DNA of 63,722 bases, counting the filler. It is 14 parts of 14 records of this genome, joined end to end, with 100 filler letters (N's around TTAATTAATTAA, not from the genome) between each part and the next. Parts side by side here need not be neighbours in the genome. Positions count along the whole stretch, not along the records: positions 60,362 to 63,722 come from SRR15195285_8273; 13 more parts are not named here. One strand, given 5' to 3'. The notes beneath the pieces were generated by a model that searched no databases, was not told the DNA's origin, and saw only the letters and a list, made by a program, of their open reading frames with translations. Of this stretch, positions 60,643 through 63,722 are shown in pieces. A program made the translations under genes and the position numbers. Within the stretch, counting starts at the first letter, position 1. Each line of letters opens with the position of its first letter.

Positions 60643-62109
60643 ATGTGGCGGCAGAGGCCACTGGTGGCAGCGGTGCTCTTGGTCCTGATGACGTCCACCG
60701 CAGGGCCTTGCCACGTGATCCGGCGGGATTCAGAGGTCCCATGCTCTTCGTTAGGGCGTTTTCGAACGGTGCGTTTGCAGCAGTGCTGCAGACTAGCGCG
60801 AGTCCAGCGCAGCGTGGTCGTCTCTCAGCTGGTTGCTCACCCTCGTGATGCCCTGACCTGCGGTGTGGTACAGGCGGGCATCGAAGAGTGCGCGAGCCGG
60901 TGCCTAGACGAGAGCGGCTGCGACTATATCCGCGGCGAGCCGCAGAGCAGCACTGCACCGGGCTACAGCGGCTGTGAGCTTCTGGGATGTCCGACCACGC
61001 TCGAAGGAACAGGCGTGCAAGGCGACAGGGCAGAACTGCGCTCGCGTACCTGTTTCAGCCGCACAGAGACCACCCAGGCAGATGTGGCCAATGTTTCAGT
61101 TCGAACAGCAGTGATTGCGTTTGTCGGCGCGGTTCTATGCTTTTCGCTGCCGTTGTGTTGGCAGTGTGCCAGGAAGCAATCGCGGAGCCTGGCTGCTGCA
61201 CGGCAAGCCATCGTGGCGATGGACCTGCCACCACTGAGTACAAACCAGCCCGAGTTGGACCATGTCTTGGACGAGCATCCTGGTACCCAATACGTGGTTT
61301 CTAAAGGCCATGAAGGGAATGCATGTGACACGAGTGCCATAGATCTAGATGTGCGAGCAGCCGAGGAGGCTCAGCTCGTGAGTTGCGCAGAGTCCACGAA
61401 ACCACAAGAGGCGGTGGCCAGGCCCGAGGCTGCTGCCGAACTTGACCTGCAGCGGCGCGAAAAAGAAGAGCGAGAGGAGCAACTGGTGAGACAGAAACGC
61501 GAGGAGGAAGAGCGAAGGGCACGACTGCGACGCGAGGAAGAAGAAGCTGAGGAGAGGCGACTGAGTGAAGAGCGGGAGCTCCAGAGAGCGGAACGCGAAC
61601 GCCTGGCTCGACGCGAAGCGGAAATGGTTGCTGCCATGGAAGCAGAACAGGCGCGGATTGCGCTCGAGAACGAGACCGCGCTGAAGATTGAGGAAAATCG
61701 ACGTCGCGACGAGGAGCAGCGTGCTTGGCACCTTGAGCAGCAGAGGCTTGCAGCACAGGAAGAGAAGCAGCAAAGCGATGCGCTAGCAGCCGCCAGGGCA
61801 CGGCAAAAAGCGAAGAAGCGGCTCGATAAGCTCGCTAGAGTCTCCAGCAAAACTGCAGCAGAGAAAGCAGCGTCTGCGGCAGGGGATGCCGCTGCTGAAA
61901 GGGTGGCGAGGAGAGCCAGGGAGGCCATCTCAGCGATGACCCCGAGCACGCCTAAGCCATCGACAGACGACTCGGTAATGATGTCGCTTGCCGCTGGGAC
62001 TCCACTCTCGCCACCACCGAGACCGATAGCCGAATTGATTCTTGAGCGGCATTCGGACAGGCGGTTGGTGGTGTGCGATAGCGGTGATGATGAGACTGAT
62101 AGTGATTGA
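60643..62109 (+). CDS. Single-pass membrane protein with Cys-rich ectodomain and E/R-rich coiled coil; 5' exon structure uncertain
   Basis: Signal-like start, ECASRCLDESGC (PAN-like), TM AVIAFVGAVLCFSLPLCW and a long ER/K helix. Confidence 0.6.
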   Translation: MWRQRPLVAAVLLVLMTSTAGPCHVIRRDSEVPCSSLGRFRTVRLQQCCRLARVQRSVVVSQLVAHPRDALTCGVVQAGIEECASRCLDESGCDYIRGEPQSSTAPGYSGCELLGCPTTLEGTGVQGDRAELRSRTCFSRTETTQADVANVSVRTAVIAFVGAVLCFSLPLCWQCARKQSRSLAAARQAIVAMDLPPLSTNQPELDHVLDEHPGTQYVVSKGHEGNACDTSAIDLDVRAAEEAQLVSCAESTKPQEAVARPEAAAELDLQRREKEEREEQLVRQKREEEERRARLRREEEEAEERRLSEERELQRAERERLARREAEMVAAMEAEQARIALENETALKIEENRRRDEEQRAWHLEQQRLAAQEEKQQSDALAAARARQKAKKRLDKLARVSSKTAAEKAASAAGDAAAERVARRAREAISAMTPSTPKPSTDDSVMMSLAAGTPLSPPPRPIAELILERHSDRRLVVCDSGDDETDSD

Positions 62110-62160
62110 ATTCAGCTTTCATTCCCCCGTCAGCAAAATAATGCATATCGCATCGAGGCG

Positions 62161-63722
62161 TCACTTCGACTTCGGGACTGCCTTCGATGAAATCTGCCGC
62201 GGGTCGTCGTGCGGATCAGACCACCTCTCGTAAGAAAGCGTATGCAGTAACCCGTCACGAACTACGCGCGCCACCTTCGAGTCTTCACAATTCGCCTCAG
62301 CAACTGCTGAAAGTGTTTGCACACCACCAAGCGCGGTGTGAACCAACGCCTGTGGTCCTGTTAAGCTGGCAGTCTCGTAAATAGCCCCCACTAATGCTGC
62401 ATCCTCGGGTGCCCAAGATGCCGCGGCCAAGCTCACCAGCCCAGATAGCCCGCTTTGGGTGTTCGTTGCCAGCTGTGTCAGATAAAAGTCACGCAACAGC
62501 GACCACACCTGGCGATAGTCCTGGCCTCGATCAGTTTGCACCGTACGATCCGCCATTTTGCTTAGAGCTGCCATGCACGAAGCAATGGCAGTGTCCTCTG
62601 CGCACCATGAAACGAACACCAGTATCGAGAGTCAAGGAAGAATCAAAGCAGAATTGCGTTCGACGCATATGGTCCAAAGCCAGTACTTTTGCACAGTGTT
62701 TTTTTAGTGATGGGCCAGAAGTTAAAATAGGCACACCTGCAAAGTCCCACTGCCGCCGCTCTGCCCCGTCTTTCCAGGCTATCAGTCGGGAAGAGACCAC
62801 ACTCATTTCCTCAAGCTTCTCGATTGTAGAAAGCAGCACGTCAACAACCGCTACAGAGGGGTGTCTGCAAGCTTCGCCCAACGCGTCCGCGCCGTACATC
62901 AGCACTCGGTAGTCGGTTGCGCTGCTGAGAGTCTCGCAGATCCCATCCACAGCGGCACTCCCCGCAGCTTGTAGCCCAGGTGCAGACACACGTCGCGCCG
63001 CCTCGCTGCTCGTCGAGCTCGACAGCGCACAAAGTAGTGCTGACAATGCCGCCTGACTCCCGCGCTGCGCGTACCGCCCAAGCGCATATGAAGCACCGAC
63101 TCGCTGCGCCTCGTCGGAGGTGGCCTTAGGCGAGATGAGCACGTTGTGCAGCTCGTCCACTTCCTCTTGCGACGGAAGCTGCCCTTGATCACGATCCGCT
63201 TCATCGAGCAGCCAGTCCCACGTAGCCTCCATAGCTGGCACTAGGTCTGGTTCAGTGGTCAAGCTGGCGAACGGGCGAATGTTGTCAGGGTCGTGGTTCC
63301 ACTTCGGCACTCCACCACTGCCTCGCGAGAAGATGAACTTGAACATGGGTCGCCACGGTGACACGCCGTCATCCTCGTCCTCGAGCCGACCGCAGCCACG
63401 GTGGATCATCGCGTGGTGCGAGATGACTGCGACAGGCTGATGTGCAGGCGACGTTAGCTTGGTAGAGGTAGCATGCGGCGCAAGCATCTCGGGAGCCTCG
63501 TTCACCCCGCTCCAGTCCTGATCGTCTGCACCTAAAAACTGGGACGATGGGACGATCTCAGTCGGGCCCATCGCCTCTGTGCACCCTGCTGGAAAGTAGA
63601 ACACAAAGCAGCTGCGGGGCAAGTGGTTCGGCGGTTTGCCTCGCTGTGAGTCCTTATGGAACCCCTGCTGCCCTTGGGTAGTCGAGTTATGCATGTGCCG
63701 GTGGGCGTTCATCGTGTACCCT
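62161..63722 (-). CDS. PhyH-like Fe(II)/2-oxoglutarate dioxygenase with HEAT-like C-terminal helices, 5' partial, spliced
   Basis: FHKDS (HxD), MGPTEIVPSS, MIHRG (distal His) and RPMFKFIF, followed by helical repeats (ASYALG, GADALG). Confidence 0.75.

Overview
This window is not one contiguous locus. It is 14 short contigs joined by an artificial 100-nt spacer (44 N + TTAATTAATTAA + 44 N) at 4557, 8868, 13084, 18123, 25492, 30326, 34146, 38161, 42584, 46025, 50376, 55146 and 60262, so neighbourhood arguments hold only within a contig. The DNA is GC-rich and eukaryotic, with many short GT-AG introns; a marine protist MAG/SAG is my inference and I cannot name the taxon. Recognisable genes: an ABCC transporter, a bacterial-type flavoprotein fused to RRM/PDZ/SH3-like modules, an F-box/kelch protein, an R-S-E ADP-ribosyltransferase, a PIF1 helicase, LamB/YcsF (PxpA), a DOT1-like methyltransferase, a GH3 glycosidase, a cyclophilin, an NPPY methyltransferase with a CCCH finger, a TRPV-like channel, a bicupin, a beta-helix glycanase, a TSP-C/LamG surface protein, a tandem sulfatase and a PhyH-like dioxygenase. 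The most striking signal is that homologous introns recur in unrelated genes. One family (3 copies) looks like a ~100-bp TIR element inserted at GTAC with a TA duplication, arranged so that splicing restores the target exactly. A second family has a TTTGTCCCGAGCCTGTCTTGG core. Also notable are a PIF1 carrying an RNase H1-type hybrid-binding domain plus an RPA32C-binding-like motif, and a dispersed 34-bp palindrome found at contig ends. All protein assignments come from motif recognition by eye; no searches were run.
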